In this document: positions 50,310-64,000 of the stretch, piece by piece | Layout: the number at the start of each line of letters is the position of its first letter | Numbering within the stretch: the stretch's first letter is position 1 | From: Eledone cirrhosa | Lineage: Eukaryota | Assembly (NCBI GenBank): GCA_964016885.1 | Contig: OZ024742.1 | Location: 81,034,001-81,098,000 of the forward strand | Reading direction: 5' to 3' | Length of the DNA: 64,000 nucleotides | The notes under the pieces: generated by a model | Told to the model about the DNA's origin: nothing | What the model saw: the letters and a program-made list of their open reading frames with translations, nothing else | The model's database searches: none | Translations under genes and position numbers: made by a program

Positions 50310-52303
50310 TGGATTACATGTGTGAAGACATGACAAGTTTGCTGGAGAAAAGGTTCGTAATTTTAAGCTGTTTTAAAGTAACTTTCTTTTTGCATTTTTT
50401 TGTCGATAACGGAGGTATTCGGGGTTTAAGCCCAAATATACAGATTTAATTTTTAAATTTCGAAAAGTTCGGTTTCCCCCAAAAATATATTGAAATGTTC
50501 GACCTTGAAACAGTAAACAATGCACAGGTCAAAAGGGCAAACACAGCCACTACAGCTCCCACCCCTACGACTATTACTACCAGAGTCATGTCTGTCGTCC
50601 ACTCCACTGAATGCAAAAACTAAACACAAGAATCACCCACACTGCTGCTACTATCACAGAAGGGAGCGGTAAACAACACTGTATTACCTCCAAACGACAT
50701 TACCACCAACAGCCTCAATATAAAGACATATAACGTTTGCAACAGCAACAACAAACAAAACAACAAGAAGAAGAACAGCAACACCAACAACAACAGCAAG
50801 CACGACAACACCAAAAACAAGAACAACAATGAAACCAACAACAATCTCAACAAAGGTGCGACCTTAGCAGCAGCCGCAGCGAAAACAAAGCGTTTCTTCA
50901 ATGTATGAGCGATAAAGAACAACAGTTGGCCCAGGCCTGGAGGTTAATTAAACGAGAGAACCTGGGCCAAACTAATAATCTGAGACGAAGCAATAGCAGC
51001 CGTACAAAGGAGGACGGTATACTTTCGATGCATTTTAGTGCACACATGCAGAGGGGAACTCGCCAGCCAAGCAGGAATTGATGCTGCTTCGAAGTGCAAC
51101 GTAATTGACATCGAGTAGAAAGCAAGAGCCAAGCTGTTCGGAACCATCTCGGTACTGTTCAAAACCGAGGCCCTTGCTATTATGCACTCCGCGACACCCT
51201 GCAGGACGTAACGCACTACCATGCACCCGACCTACATGGGTAAAAGGAGTAAAGGTTCGTAGTCCTATGATCCCACTAGAAATGAACATATGGTGGCTCC
51301 TGGGATGCGTAATCGAAGAGGGACAGACACTACACTCCTAGATATCAAAAAGACGGATAGAGAGAGGATTGGTCCGGTATTGATTTGGAGAATTCTCTCC
51401 AAATGAAACCAGAGGACCTCAACAACATCCCGGATTTTATCCGTTAGTGGTGGGCAAGTGCGATGACGCACTCGGAGAAGCTTTGGGCCTCGACGAAGTC
51501 GAACTGACTAGTCGGTTCCGGAGTCACTTTTGAGCCGTGGACGATGAACAACTTCCAGAAATCCCTCGATTGGCAGTTCTACCAGAGGGCACTACCGGTT
51601 CGAGACAAACTCTACTGGCACTGAAGTGCTGTCAGACGGACCTCGCCGAGTTGCGCACAGAGCAAGGAAACGGTTCTGCATGCACTTAGCCAATGTCCGT
51701 GCATTTCTGACTTGTGAAGTTATGTCGAACAGATATTGTCCCGTGTAGAACGGATCCGGCTTTCGGCCGAATCCATAGTGAAGATCGACCCGCCGCTTTC
51801 CTTTGGCCAGGAAGGGCAGGCAATTTTCCTCTGTCCGGTGGCAGTTGCGAAAGAGGTTATATTTTGGACTAGATTGAAAGGACTGAAGACAGACACTTTT
51901 CTCTTCGTCAATCCCTAATCAACTTCTGCAAGTTTCACCTGGAAAGGAAGGTGAGGGTGGATAGAGAAATGCTGCCCCCCAGTACAATTTGGTTTAATGT
52001 GGCGAGAATGCACCTATAGTCTAGCTAATTTGAGGATGAGAGGGATGCTTTTCCCGGTTGCCCTAGAAGCGCAGGGTCGTTCATGATGTGTGGGGTACAT
52101 GAGTCACCCCTGGGTTTCCACCCTCCCTATAGAGGAATTTATTTTGTTTTATTTATGCATATTTCATTTTATATTTTTTATATCTTCATTGTTAAATTAG
52201 TCTTGCCATTGTGCACTGTTACTCGAGCTCATTGTAAACCCCCACTGTCCGTGTCTTTGCATTTGTACTACATGTAGGCCCTTGTGGCCAATTAATGAAA
52301 TCA
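50310..52303 (+). mobile_element. Tx1-clade copy with an internal deletion of about 3.8 kb (T2)
   Basis: The 5' UTR and ORF1, homologous to 29305-30473, are joined at about 51443 to sequence homologous to 34261-35158. Confidence 0.88.
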
Positions 52304-52334
52304 TTATTATTATTATTGTTTTTATTTTCTTTAA

Positions 52335-52850
52335 TTATTTCTTCTGAGATATATGCCGAGTGATTTCCTGACACCTATAGCAAATAAATTCAGTGTGCAT
52401 TGGTAAGCCAGTTAATACAGCACATTAATTATATTTAAAACATATGTAAATCCAAGGAGGGATATCAATATTACAGAGATAGTGTTCTTCTCAATACGTG
52501 TGCAGTACCAGTCAAAACAATTTTTGCACCTCGTGCAGAGAGGGAATACGAGGAATCATTCGCAAATATTGTTATGTTCCTTTCTTGATCATTTCCAGTC
52601 TGGGTATCAAGCATGAGATCAGTAGCATATTTTTTTCTCTCCTTCCGGATAGAATGAAGCTTCTTACTTCTCTCATGCTTTTCAACAAGTGTCAGCATAC
52701 AGTCGTTAGCTGTTTCAAGGTATTTGGCCAGACCAATGATGGTGGTCTTGTAAGCAAGTTCAAATTGGATCAGGCCACGGCCTCCTTGAGTTCTAGCAAG
52801 GTAAAGACGATCCACATCTGCTTTTGGGTCGTGCATCCTAGAGCAGCTCA
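52335..52850 (-). mobile_element. Family C fragment with internal deletion (C2)
   Basis: MHDPKADVDRLYL...GGRGLIQ is joined at about 52600 to the C-terminus IVLTGTAHVLRRTLSL. 3' UTR as in C1. Confidence 0.8.
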
Positions 52851-53349
52851 GTAGCTTATTATTATTATTATTATCATCATCATCATCATCACCAAAATAA
52901 TCTGCGTCATTGTCATTGATATCTTCATTATCATCACCAGCATCTCAATAATTATTTTCCATAAACCTTTTACCCGCGTCAACGTATTCAAAATTATATT
53001 GCTCATCTTTTCCGCAAAATCCCATTTCAGATGTTTCATTCTTGTGAAGAGAGAACTTTCAAATATAACGCCGATCTAAGTCATTATACCTCATAGACAA
53101 TGAGAGAAAACACGTATTTCAAGATTTAAAGGGAATTCATATTCTTGCATTTGAGAAACATGACATATAAAGGAAGGTACACTGCCACCAGTAACCAAAT
53201 ATTTTATTAATCGATATAAAATGAAAATCGAAATTTCATAAATATAATCCGAGAAATATAAATAGATCGCTAGTCATAACATTGATGACTGCATCTCAAT
53301 CATAAAACACATATATGAATGAATGGATGACATTATTTGCAATATTATC

Positions 53350-53487
53350 CAGCACGGTTACGTCCCTTTACGATCTGAGTTCAAATCCCGCCGAGGTTGA
53401 CTTTGCCTTTCATCCTTACGGGGTCGATAAAATAAAGTACCAGTAATGCACTGGGTATTTGCTGGCCTTGTGCCTAATGTAGAAACA
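53350..53487 (+). mobile_element. 5'-truncated SINE with 18 bp TSD
   Basis: ATTATTTGCAATATTATC (53332-53349) / ATTATTTTCAATATTATC (53488-53505). Confidence 0.9.
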
Positions 53488-54804
53488 ATTATTTTCAATA
53501 TTATCGAATGTAAAATCCAGCATTAAATACGTAAAAGTGAATTAGATTTAGACATTACTCAATGCTCTAACTTCAGGGAGTAATCCTCTTCCAATTAGAC
53601 TGTTTTGAAATGTATAATCACCGAACGCAATCACCGATCCGGAGAGGTAGACGATTACAAGCTACGATAACGGAAAATGCGTGCTTTTTTATATAGTGTC
53701 TGTAGATCTACTAGTTTTTATGATTCAGCTTGAAACCTGTTAGACTATTTTTCAACAGATTACTTGTTACTTGGTGTTGTAATATAAAGAGTCGGGATCT
53801 GATGGTTGATCTCTTGCCGTTTCAGTAGCTAGATCCAGATTGACTGCCGGAGGGTTTGGCGGTTTACTAGTTATATCATCAGGGGTGTGGTTTGTGCAAA
53901 TAAAGGCATGCATTATTTATCCAATTGTGAGTTCTCTTCATATAAGTAATACTTCTTTTGTGATTATGGAATGGTTGTGTGTGTAGATATCAAGCTTAGG
54001 GAGAGCAGATATTTATGCGTGCGTCCATCTGCGCACCCGAGTATATCTCTTTTGAGCAACTTGAGATAGAATAATCGTGGAGAGGGGTGGAATAATATTT
54101 ATATAAAAAACACTATTAGTGTGTGTGTGCGTGCTTGTGTGTGTGCATGTGTGTGTGTACGTGTGTATGTGTGATGTGTGTGTATGTGTGTATGTGTGAT
54201 GTGTGTGTGGGGGGAGGGGGGAGGGGGTTAAAACCAGACATATATATCGTGTCTTTCAGACATCAGGACAGAACTTAAAGCAGATCGCCCTGATCAAAGA
54301 ATTGTCCAAACTCCCAGATTAGCAAATTATATGTATCTGTTAATGAAGCGACCAATTATTTGTTAGTTATCTAAAAAAGTAAAAAAAAAATAAAAAGGCA
54401 ACAATCAGCCGGTGATATTAATGTAAAATCCAATTGATTTTGTTGGTTCAAGTTTATTTACTAGTATCTATGCTAGCATTAAATTACCTTAAGATAAGGG
54501 TAGTAGTATAGACTTGATTTACTTAAAATAATAACATTTCATTGTACTGTCTAATGATATACAGTAAGGTTACGAATAAACTAAGACAATAAAGCTATAT
54601 ATTTTCGCCTATATTGAATTCCACCAGGAAACAGGTTAAGGGGAGCACTGCTTTGATAACGAGCATCAGTCAGAAAGGTTCATCAGCCGTTCCCTCCATT
54701 GCTTTTGCTGAAATCCGCTAGATGGTGCTACGACATCATCTTCCAGAATTCATAGATAGATGCTTTCACATTTTTATTCTTAAACATACAGCCTATCACA
54801 ATAT

Positions 54805-54864
54805 ATAAACACATGCACACACACTCACACCCACACACACACATGCACACCCACACCCATATGG

Positions 54865-54919
<55 letters not shown>

Positions 54920-55012
54920 CATATCTATATACAGACATACACATACACACGCACACATATATATATACACACACAGACACAGACACATAACCCCCCCCCC
55001 CCCCCCCCACAT

Positions 55013-55085
<73 letters not shown>
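54805..55085. repeat. Compound (CA)n/(TA)n/poly-C microsatellite
   Basis: Directly visible. Confidence 0.95.
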
Positions 55086-55088
<3 letters not shown>

Positions 55089-56149
55089 TGTTTGCATGTT
55101 TCAATATTAGAATAATTTTATATATCTTTATTTACAATCTATCCATTTAATTCTTCCATACATTGAATCATGAATTTTCTTTGAATAGTGTTTCCATATT
55201 AACAGAGATAGTTGGAAAACTGTGCTTCTCACGACAATGCTTGAATATCTATAACAATTCAATGTAAAAATTATCAACTATAAATCTATGGTACGTTCTT
55301 CAGCATCGGACGTATGATTATAAAGACGTGTGTCATATGTCAAAGCACCTTGTCAATGTACGTAAATTAATCTCCTCATTAATATGTTCATACGTAGACA
55401 AACGATAAAAGAAATAACCTACAAACAAAGGTTAGATGTACGGTTATATGAAATACATGACTTACACTCACTGAACAAATACATAAGCATCGTCATTCGA
55501 ATTGTAAAATGTTAGTTGATCTCAAGTACATGTTTGTATACGTTAATCAATGTACCACTGGTTATTTTGATTGCTTACTTCACTGGGCTGGATTGGCTAA
55601 CATACTGGTTGACTGGATGCATGGTTGTTTGATCTCATAGAGTTGTAATAAAAAAGAAGCACCAGCCTTCACCATCCTGCGTCACGTAACACTACTCTAC
55701 ATCACTTCACAACAGCATACACTATTTGACATCATGCCATACCAAACTAATTGAAGTGCCACACCACTCCTCAGAACAACCACAATTCAACTTTCCACAC
55801 AATTCTACAACCTCCAAACACCTGCATATCACTCCTCCACACACTACCACTACACCACATCACACCACATCACACTACGCAATATTATTTGGGGCAAAGT
55901 GGATTTCATTGATATCATCGTAAAATAACTGAAATATGCCTTTCAAAGTAAAAAATCGTCCTACATACAGCAATTCGATACACATAAAAAAAGGCGAAAA
56001 ATTCATGCTTCCTTCTAAAAAGATGTTAAGCGATGTGTTGAGCACGATGAACCCTATTTCTGGGAAAATCACACTCAAATCTTTGACCCGGTACTTCTGA
56101 TTTCGCTCCATTTATCTATAATCTTTAATTGCATTACTCTCTAAACTTC

Positions 56150-56665
56150 ATTATTAAGACTTACGGGGTCGATAAAATAAAGTACCAGTAATGCACTGGG
56201 TAATTGCTGGCCTTGTGCCAAAAGTAGAAACAATTATTAAGACTTAGGGCGGTGGCTTGGCTGTATCGGTTGAGGGTCGGACGCCATGCTTTCCAGCATA
56301 GTTACGTCCCTTTACGATCTGAGTTCAAATCCCGCCGAGGTTGACTTTGCCTTTCATCCTTACGGGGTCGATAAAATAAAGTACCAGTGATGCACTGGGT
56401 ATTTGCTGGCCTTGTGCCTAAAGTAGAAACAATTATTAAGACTTATGTTGGCAGTATCGGTAGAGCGTTGGACAACATTCTGTATGGCTTAGTGTTACGG
56501 CCCTTTACGATCTGAGTTCAAGTCCAGCCGAGGTTCTCCTTGCCTTTCACACATTACGGGGTCGATAAAATAAAGTACCGGTAATGTACTGGAGTAGATT
56601 TAATAGATTGTCAACGCCACCAAAATGACTGGCCTTGTGCTGAATGTAGAAATTATTAAGAGTTG
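56150..56665 (+). mobile_element. Three head-to-tail SINEs sharing one reiterated target site
   Basis: ATTATTAAGACTTA at 56150, 56233 and 56432, and ATTATTAAGAGTTG at 56652, separate a truncated copy, a full young copy and an older copy. Confidence 0.92.
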
Positions 56666-57562
56666 TGATGCTTCTGCTACTAGCACATTTTCTCCATCAT
56701 CACATTCATCTGCTCGAAGCAGAATATAGAATTATTTGGAGGTTAAAAACTATTGAATTATTTGTAGGTCGAAAGCTGGATCCTTAATGCGATCCGTAGT
56801 ACTTAAAACGTTAGCATCTTATGCTTACACAACCAGTAACCACCTTTGAGATCCAGCCTTTGTGAATTTGCATTTAACATGTCAGTTTATTAATATTGGT
56901 GCAAAAAAGAGGGATTTTTAAAACAATCTTTGATGATTATAGTTCAAACCCTATGATTCCCTTGATATATCTCTTATCGTTCCCTAACAATTGCTGTTTT
57001 ACTATTGAATTAGCATATTACATAACCACTTAAATTTCACTGCCGACAAAATCACTTGGACGGTATAAATGCCGAACGAGCTCCTGCTGTTTTTAGCATC
57101 CTCACGTCCAAAGAGCCGATAGCTTTTTTTTTATAGTCGAACAAATGTTGAAAGCAGCCACACCACCACCTCTATGTAAAACAGAAGATCTGGCTGTCAG
57201 TAAGAATATTTTTCATAAATACCTTGTATTCAAATTTGCCAATATTCGATGTTCAATATTTGTGGTTGGCAAATATTTACGGATGCCGAAACCAGAATAT
57301 TCTGGTCCAGGTGAAAAGAAATGTGGATAATTCATTTTTGTATTTTATAAAGTGTTGGAATTCTTAAATTTCTTAGAGTTGTTCCCGTCTGTTCCTTTTT
57401 GCATAGCTGCCGCTTTCCAATGGATGAATGCCTATGACATGCGACGAAACGAATTTTCCACGTACTTGGCAACACTGTTGTTGAGTATTTTTACAAGATG
57501 CAAGATGGAAAATACACATTGGCTTCTGTGCCTATGGATTCAAATCGCTGTAAATCCTACAC

Positions 57563-57604
<42 letters not shown>

Positions 57605-57842
57605 GCGTGTGTGTGTGTGCATATGAACTGTGTACTAGGAAATCCTAGTCAACATTTGTTGAAACATTTATTCACAACAGGATGCCTAATACGTATTTCA
57701 ATTCTATTATACAATCGCCTATGAAATCTCAATTATTACACATTTCATTATCACTATCTCCCACTACGCATCTTACATCCGCATTTCATCGGAGAAGTTC
57801 GGGAGAATAGGAGATAAGCGGATGAGGTCACAATTATATAGT

Positions 57843-58796
57843 ACTAGCTGTGGTACTCGGCGTTGCACGGGATAAGGTATTTTGGAACGCGGACCGCCAA
57901 CAGACCTAATCGTGGAAATACTGCATGCTTGGACAATATGTAAAGAAAATAAACCGAAAATTCTGATGGCTAGATAATCTTTAATATTTTCCGCGATGAA
58001 GCAGGAAAAATTCAGGTTTACACCTAATGCGGACCCTAGGGGATCAAGAAAATATTTTTTTTTATGTGCATAATATACCTTGAAATTTCGGGAAAATCGG
58101 CTAGACTTAACGCCTCAAAAACGCCCTAAAAATCTGAAAAAATGAAGTTCTTCACCTAATGCGGTCCCTAAGCCATAAAAAAGTTGTATTTTCTTTGCTC
58201 ACAGTATGAAGAAGCGACTGACTAATACATAGTTACAATTTTAAGGAAATCGGTCTGACGTAACGCCTCAAAAAATCCCTAAAAACCTTACAAAAACGCA
58301 GTTTTTCACCTAATGCGGGCTCTAGGGGAACAAAATATTACATTTCTGTATGTATATAACACTCCCTGAAACATAAGTAATACACATGTAAAGTTTGAAA
58401 AAGGTCGGTTGGGTACTTCTCGAGTTTAGGGGATTCAAGCTCACACACACCCACACACGACCCCCACACACATACACACACAGACAGGCATCCTCAGGGA
58501 AGTGACGTAATGCAGCTAGCCAGACATACAGACATATATTATATGGGCACGACGTTATATGAATGTATCTATCTAAAAAGAGAAAATCTAACAAATATAG
58601 TGAGAGATAGCCAAATCGCCTAATGCGGTCCCTAGGGCATTGAACATTTGAATTTTGTTTGGCTCAGAACACTCCCTGAAACATAAGTATTACATGTGTA
58701 AAGTGTGTAATCAGTCGGTTGGGTGCTTCTCGAGATTTAGGGATTCGAACTCACAATCACACAGACAGACATCCTCAGTTTTATATATATATAGAT
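57843..58796 (+). mobile_element. Non-autonomous Helitron/Helentron-like MITE (HINE/DINE-1 type) with internal tandem repeats
   Basis: 5' ACTAGCTGTGGTACTCGGCGTTGCACGGG; 3' CACAGACAGACA...TTTTATATATATAGAT; unit CCTAATGCGG.C.CTA.G at about 58021, 58154, 58307 and 58617. Confidence 0.7.
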
Positions 58797-59194
58797 ATCT
58801 AGAATGCGGACAATTAAAACGTCAAAATACTTATTTACACAAATTGACAAGATAATATATTTAAATTAATATTTAAATATATGAATATAAAATATACTTG
58901 CATTCACATATTAAAGAGGAGCTAATGAAAATTCATCTAGTAATGGAATGTGTTAGTAAGTCATTAGAGGAAATGGGACAGGCAAAAAATGGAGAAGTGT
59001 ATTCTGTTATTGGTCAGAAACAGTTCCTTATAATCACATGGGGTATGAGGCTGCTAGTAACGTAAGAAAAATGAGCTAGTGCATTATATAAAATTTATGG
59101 ACGATATCAAAGGAAGGAAAGATTATGAGGGTATAGCATGGTTGAAGTAAATAATTTCGGTGGGTTACTGGTGCCAATTTACACAAAGCAATAG

Positions 59195-59271
<77 letters not shown>

Positions 59272-59699
59272 ATAGAAGAGTATAAAGAAACATAATGTGC
59301 ATGACTAAGGATGCTAACAATAGACGCAGATATGCAGGATCACATCCAGAGTCAGTATAGATGGTATTCTGAAATTGTACGTAGACTTCTGGGTTGGCAG
59401 TTAAAAAAAGCCGTACTGCATTGAGTTTAACAGATTTTACCGGTCATAATCTACAATACTGGTACAAAACAATGTTTGCAATGTTGACGTTTTAGTTGAT
59501 ACGGCTGGGCAAAATATAATATTGTCCATGGTAACTCATACCTGACAATATCATGTTTCAAATGCCATTTACGATGAAGTACAATTACAGAGAATTAATT
59601 TATCTTATAAACGGAGGTGACTATAAAAAACGAGTAACTGCATGATAGTTAATATGTTAAAACATTGATAATTATGTAAATTGGAGACTTCAGCTGCGC

Positions 59700-60370
59700 T
59701 ATCGCTTCAAAAATATTATATTTTGAAGAATGAGGACAGCAATTGTTTAGAGATCTCTTGTTGGTGGAAAGGACTTTGAGGATAAACTACATTCCGTCTG
59801 TATAAACATTGAATATTTTTTTATCCAAGAATATAGAGTTTAGATTTTTCTATACCTGACCTTCTATATCTTTCCTTTCCTTGATTTCCAGCTCCATGGT
59901 ATTCAGTGTCTGAATGCTATTTCATAATTTAGGACACAGTTTTAGAATCGATTATACGGCATGCCTGATACGTATGTCTAGATTCCTTTCTGATGTTGGT
60001 AAATTGAAGATGTGAATTCTTCTTCATATATTACGGCTAGGATATTACACATTTTATCCAGCATGTATCTGTCTTTTTACACGAGTAACAATAAGTTTGA
60101 GAACTCGGATGTTTATTTAAGAAGCGGTACTTCATATTTCTGTTCCAGGTATATCCAATGTTAAAGGTGTGTTGGTTAAACATCTGGTGGTATTTAAGTC
60201 CTAGTGGGATATATATGTCTATAAGGGGCAAACATGTTTTTCGTACATTAGTTTTGATGTTAAGGAAGAAAAGTGGGAGAAAATGGTTGATATGGGCGAA
60301 GGAACTTCCTGTTTGATTTAGAGTAATGTTTTGGAGAGCAGAAATGTTTCTCTGAGAAGCATCCATTGCT
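59700..60370 (-). mobile_element. Penelope-like element remnant (RT-to-GIY-YIG linker region)
   Basis: ORF 60037-60366 FFLNIKTNVRKTCLPLIDIYIPLGLKYHQMFNQHTFNIGYTWNRNMK...CYSCKKTDTC resembles the PLE motif PFS.NVKTNVG..FL.LIDKHFP....L.KIFNRNT.K.SYSC..N....C.C. (TA)n lies nearby. Confidence 0.65.
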
Positions 60371-60469
60371 TAAGGTTGTGATATATTATGGCACTACCGT
60401 GTCTGTTTGAAGAGAAGTTGGATATCTAAATTTAAATTGAGAAATCACAGAAATGCACTGTGGCAAAAG

Positions 60470-60573
<104 letters not shown>

Positions 60574-61208
60574 GAGTCGGCAATGGTCAGTCCCTGTATT
60601 AACATTGAACTAAAACCTGTTGAGAAAGTGGCTTCCTTGTTCAATCATCTTACCAGAAGCCTGACATTATTTATGTAAGCGGACGGTACTTGATTTAGGA
60701 GCCGCAGAAACCCAAATACTGGATTTGACCAACCTTCCAGGGGTCCGGGTAAATTTTCAATACCCGAATTACTTGATCGTTTTTTGTCTTTGCGAATGAT
60801 TGTTTAACCATCGTTTCAGTGTGTTTGGCTTTTAACGTTTGTTATAGCTCTGGTTCATCTGAATCATTGAGCACTTGCCTCACATCTCGGAGGTTATTTT
60901 CCGTTATTTCGTGGGCCGAAATGCGAATCTCGATAATTTATGTTTATATATATATATATATATATTTTACATCATTCATCCTCATACCGGGAACAATTTT
61001 GAATAGCGCCAGTTTGTAATTCGACGCGGGAATTTTATATTCTCCGAGTGAAAAGAACCTTCTGACGAGTGTATTTCTTTTCAATGGAGGCCCGTAAGGA
61101 CTATCCATTATTTTTGAGACTCAGAACCGTACGGTAAAGGTAACCATAGCAGGTACAGTGAATTTTTTTTTATTTATTTTAAAACTTGTTCTTATTTGAT
61201 AAACCTTG

Positions 61209-61273
<65 letters not shown>

Positions 61274-62265
61274 ATAGATATATGAGGGAGCTTATAGATA
61301 GGACAACACACGCTGTCTTTTCGTGGGGTAAGTTTTTAATTAATTTTTGTATTCTGAAACATCAAAATACAACCATTTTTGGTCACTGGACTCGGGAATG
61401 TCACGACAGAAGTTTGTGGAAGTTACACACATATTTTAGTATATTTTAGCAGAGCAATCCTTATTTATATTTTACATTTACTTACATCTCAATATAACAT
61501 GGCTAGAATTCAAATTTTGCTAAGAGAAGAAAACGGTCAAATCAACTAGATACATCTCACTGTCCCCACCACCACAATAACGTCTACACTCTCTCCCCAC
61601 CATCACATGTCATTACCATACCATACCCTATCGAGACTAAAGTCATCGACCTGTTGTCAAACTCTCTACTCTCTGTTGAATGTATATATATATATGTGTG
61701 TGTATGTATATGTGTGTATATACATCACTCAGTCAAACAACCAGATTTCAATCCCAACATCTACAACAACAACAACACCGGCACTAATGTTTACAGCAAC
61801 AACAGCTTCAGCATGAACTGAAATGAACATTTACAACAATTACAACAACAACAACAACAGCGGCATCAAAACATAAAAAAAGGAAAGGAAAAGAAAAAAG
61901 AAAAGGGGAAGGGAAAAACAAAAAGGACCCCCCCCCCCCTCAAAATAACAAAACACACACACACACACAACACAACAACAGCATCAACTGCCACCACCAC
62001 CGCCACCGCCGCCGCCATCACCATCACCAGCGACCTGGCCTTAAGAACAACTTTAATAATAATTTTTCTGCTTTTGGGACGGATCCAGCGACTGGCCCAG
62101 CGCATCCCTGGTACTCTCTTTTGTTGACTCCGTGGAGAGCCATAACTCTATGCTGTAAAGCAATTATAGTAATACTGGACTGTAATACGATCGGCTTCAG
62201 CTATACAAACTCTTGAAAGTCAACAGTTGACATAATCTTGTAATCTTGTATCAGTAATGGCGGTA

Positions 62266-62304
<39 letters not shown>

Positions 62305-62451
62305 CGTGTAAGTGAGTAGAGTAGCGTGTGTGTGTGTGTTTGTTGTATGTATGAGTGTTGCTGTCTGCGCGCATATGTATGCGTGTGTGTGTATGTCGTA
62401 CGTATAAGTGTCAATAAGTGATTTTTTTTTTTTTTTTTTTTTTCCAATTCA

Positions 62452-64000
62452 ATGATGTTCCAGAACAATGTAAACGAGATAATTGCCAGTTTGGGTTCTG
62501 GAACAAAAAAGATCATTGGCAATAAGGGCAGGGGCCCCAAGTTATCACAACCTGGGCCCGCCCGTCATCGTGCCATTGTAATAGAGCCAAACAGGGCATT
62601 TAGTCTTGGCTGCTGGAACGTACGGACGCTGCTTGACAGGGATTCTTTGGAGCGTCCTGAACGACGGACCGCTCTTGTTGCAAAGGAGCTTCGACGTTAC
62701 GATCTTGACATCGTGGCTTTATCTTAGACGAGGTTAGCTGGAGATGGTCATCTTACGGAATTTTGTGGAGAATATACATTCTTCTGGAAAGGAAGAGATG
62801 AAGGAACCAGAAGAGAGGCTGGGGTAGGATTTGCTGTTAAGACTGTACTGGTGAATAAATTAGAAGAATTCCCAGTAGGGATTAGTGAGCGTCTTATGTC
62901 CATGAGAGTTCCGCTGGACCAGGGAAGATATGCTACCCTGGTGAGTGTGTATGCTCCAACTATGAATTCTGTCGATGAAGAAAAACTGTCCTTTTACCAT
63001 GCCTTGAAAGGTGTTCTAAGAAATATCCCTCAGGCAGACAGAGTCATCGTGCTTGGTGACTTTAATGCTAGAGTGGGTAGGGAGTTTAACACATGGAATG
63101 TAATCGGAAGGCATGGGGTGGGAAAGTGTAACAGCAATGGTATACTCTTGCTGCAGATGTGTGAGGAGCTGGATCTGTGTGTTACCAACACCATGTTCCA
63201 ACGAAAGAACAAATTCAAGACCACATGGATGCATCCTGCATCTAAGGAATGGCATCTTTTGGACTACGTCCTAGTCAGGATGCGTGACAGACAGGATGTG
63301 CAGTGTGTTCGTGTTCTTCGTGGAGCTGAGTGCTGGACGGACCACCGCCTGGTACGCGCAAAAGTGAATCTAATCACCAAACGTAAAATCCGGGCTCCTG
63401 GTGTTGCCCTACCCAAAAGATTGAATGCTGCTCGTCTTAAGGATAAAAATGTGAAGAGGACATTGGAAGAAGAGATGCAGGCTGCAGATCTTGGTGAGGA
63501 TTGGCCGACCCTTAAAAAGTCGGTTTATGATGTAGGCAGACGTGTTCTGGGATTGGTGCAGAGAAAACATCAGGACTGGTTTAATGAGAATGATGTACAT
63601 ATAGAAGACTTGTTGGCTGATAAGAGGCGTGCTCTGTCACGCTACTTAACGGCAACACCACAGGAGAGGAATACGTTGCATGAGGGGCTCAGGGATGTAA
63701 AATCACGTGTTAGGCGGAGTCTTTCTCAGATGAAGGATCAGTGGTGGAGTGAGAAGGCTGGTGAGATACAAACTGCGTCTGATTGCAATGACACAAAGCT
63801 GTTGTACAGTCTCTTGCGTGAGGTTTATGGACCGTCTTCTTCTCTGGTGACACCGATTCGCAGCAAGGATGGCAAAGAACTTCTTCGTGACTCACAGGGA
63901 ATTCTACGAAGGTGGCGAGAACACTTTGATGATCTTTTGAATCAGCCGTCTGTCGTCAGTGAAGATTTCCTCAATCTCATTCCGGAAAGTCCTGTGAAAG
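62452..64000 (+). mobile_element. RTE-clade (BovB-like) LINE, APE endonuclease domain; continues beyond the window
   Basis: LGCWNVRTLLD...PERRTALVAKELRRYDLDIVALS*TR, YTFFWKG, GVGFAV, VYAPT, LGDFNARVG, TWMHP, LLDYVLV, WTDHRLV. A single TAG at 62725-62727 replaces the catalytic-motif Glu. The 5' boundary is uncertain. Confidence 0.9.

Noticed and set aside
56150-56665. CRISPR-like repeat-spacer array
   Set aside because: The spacers are homologous SINE copies and the repeats are TSDs; eukaryotic context with no cas genes.
56890-57460. Mariner remnant (TTGGTGCAAAA; PPP...DLAVS resembling HPPYSPDLAPSD)
   Set aside because: Too degenerate, and no matching second TIR found.
62050-62170. Very old SINE copy on the minus strand
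   Set aside because: Only patchy similarity (GGTACT...TTGAC; CCATAACTCTATG); boundaries cannot be supported.

Overview
Eukaryotic (animal), AT-rich, gene-free window made almost entirely of retroelements and microsatellites. The SINE and LINE repertoire suggests an octopus-like cephalopod; this is an inference from recalled family resemblance and was not checked by search. The main structure is three nested clusters (about 3.6-12.7 kb, 21.5-41 kb, 41.5-52.9 kb) of non-LTR retrotransposons inserted into (TAA)n tracts and into each other's tails. These comprise three RT + restriction-like-endonuclease (R4/Dong-type) families, here called A, B and C, an APE-type Tx1/L1-clade LINE, and a tRNA-derived SINE. 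Polarity is consistent: Dong-type elements carry TAA on the sense strand, while Tx1 and the SINE carry ATT. The SINE 3' end resembles the Tx1 3' end. Many copies are chimeric, internally deleted or locally duplicated/inverted. A second niche, (TA)n, holds fold-back, Penelope-like elements, including a tRNA-headed palindrome and hammerhead-like cores with compensatory changes. Also present: RTE fragments, a Helentron-like MITE and a Penelope ORF remnant. No host gene is supported. Element boundaries are approximate (about 10-20 bp) unless a TSD or junction is quoted.
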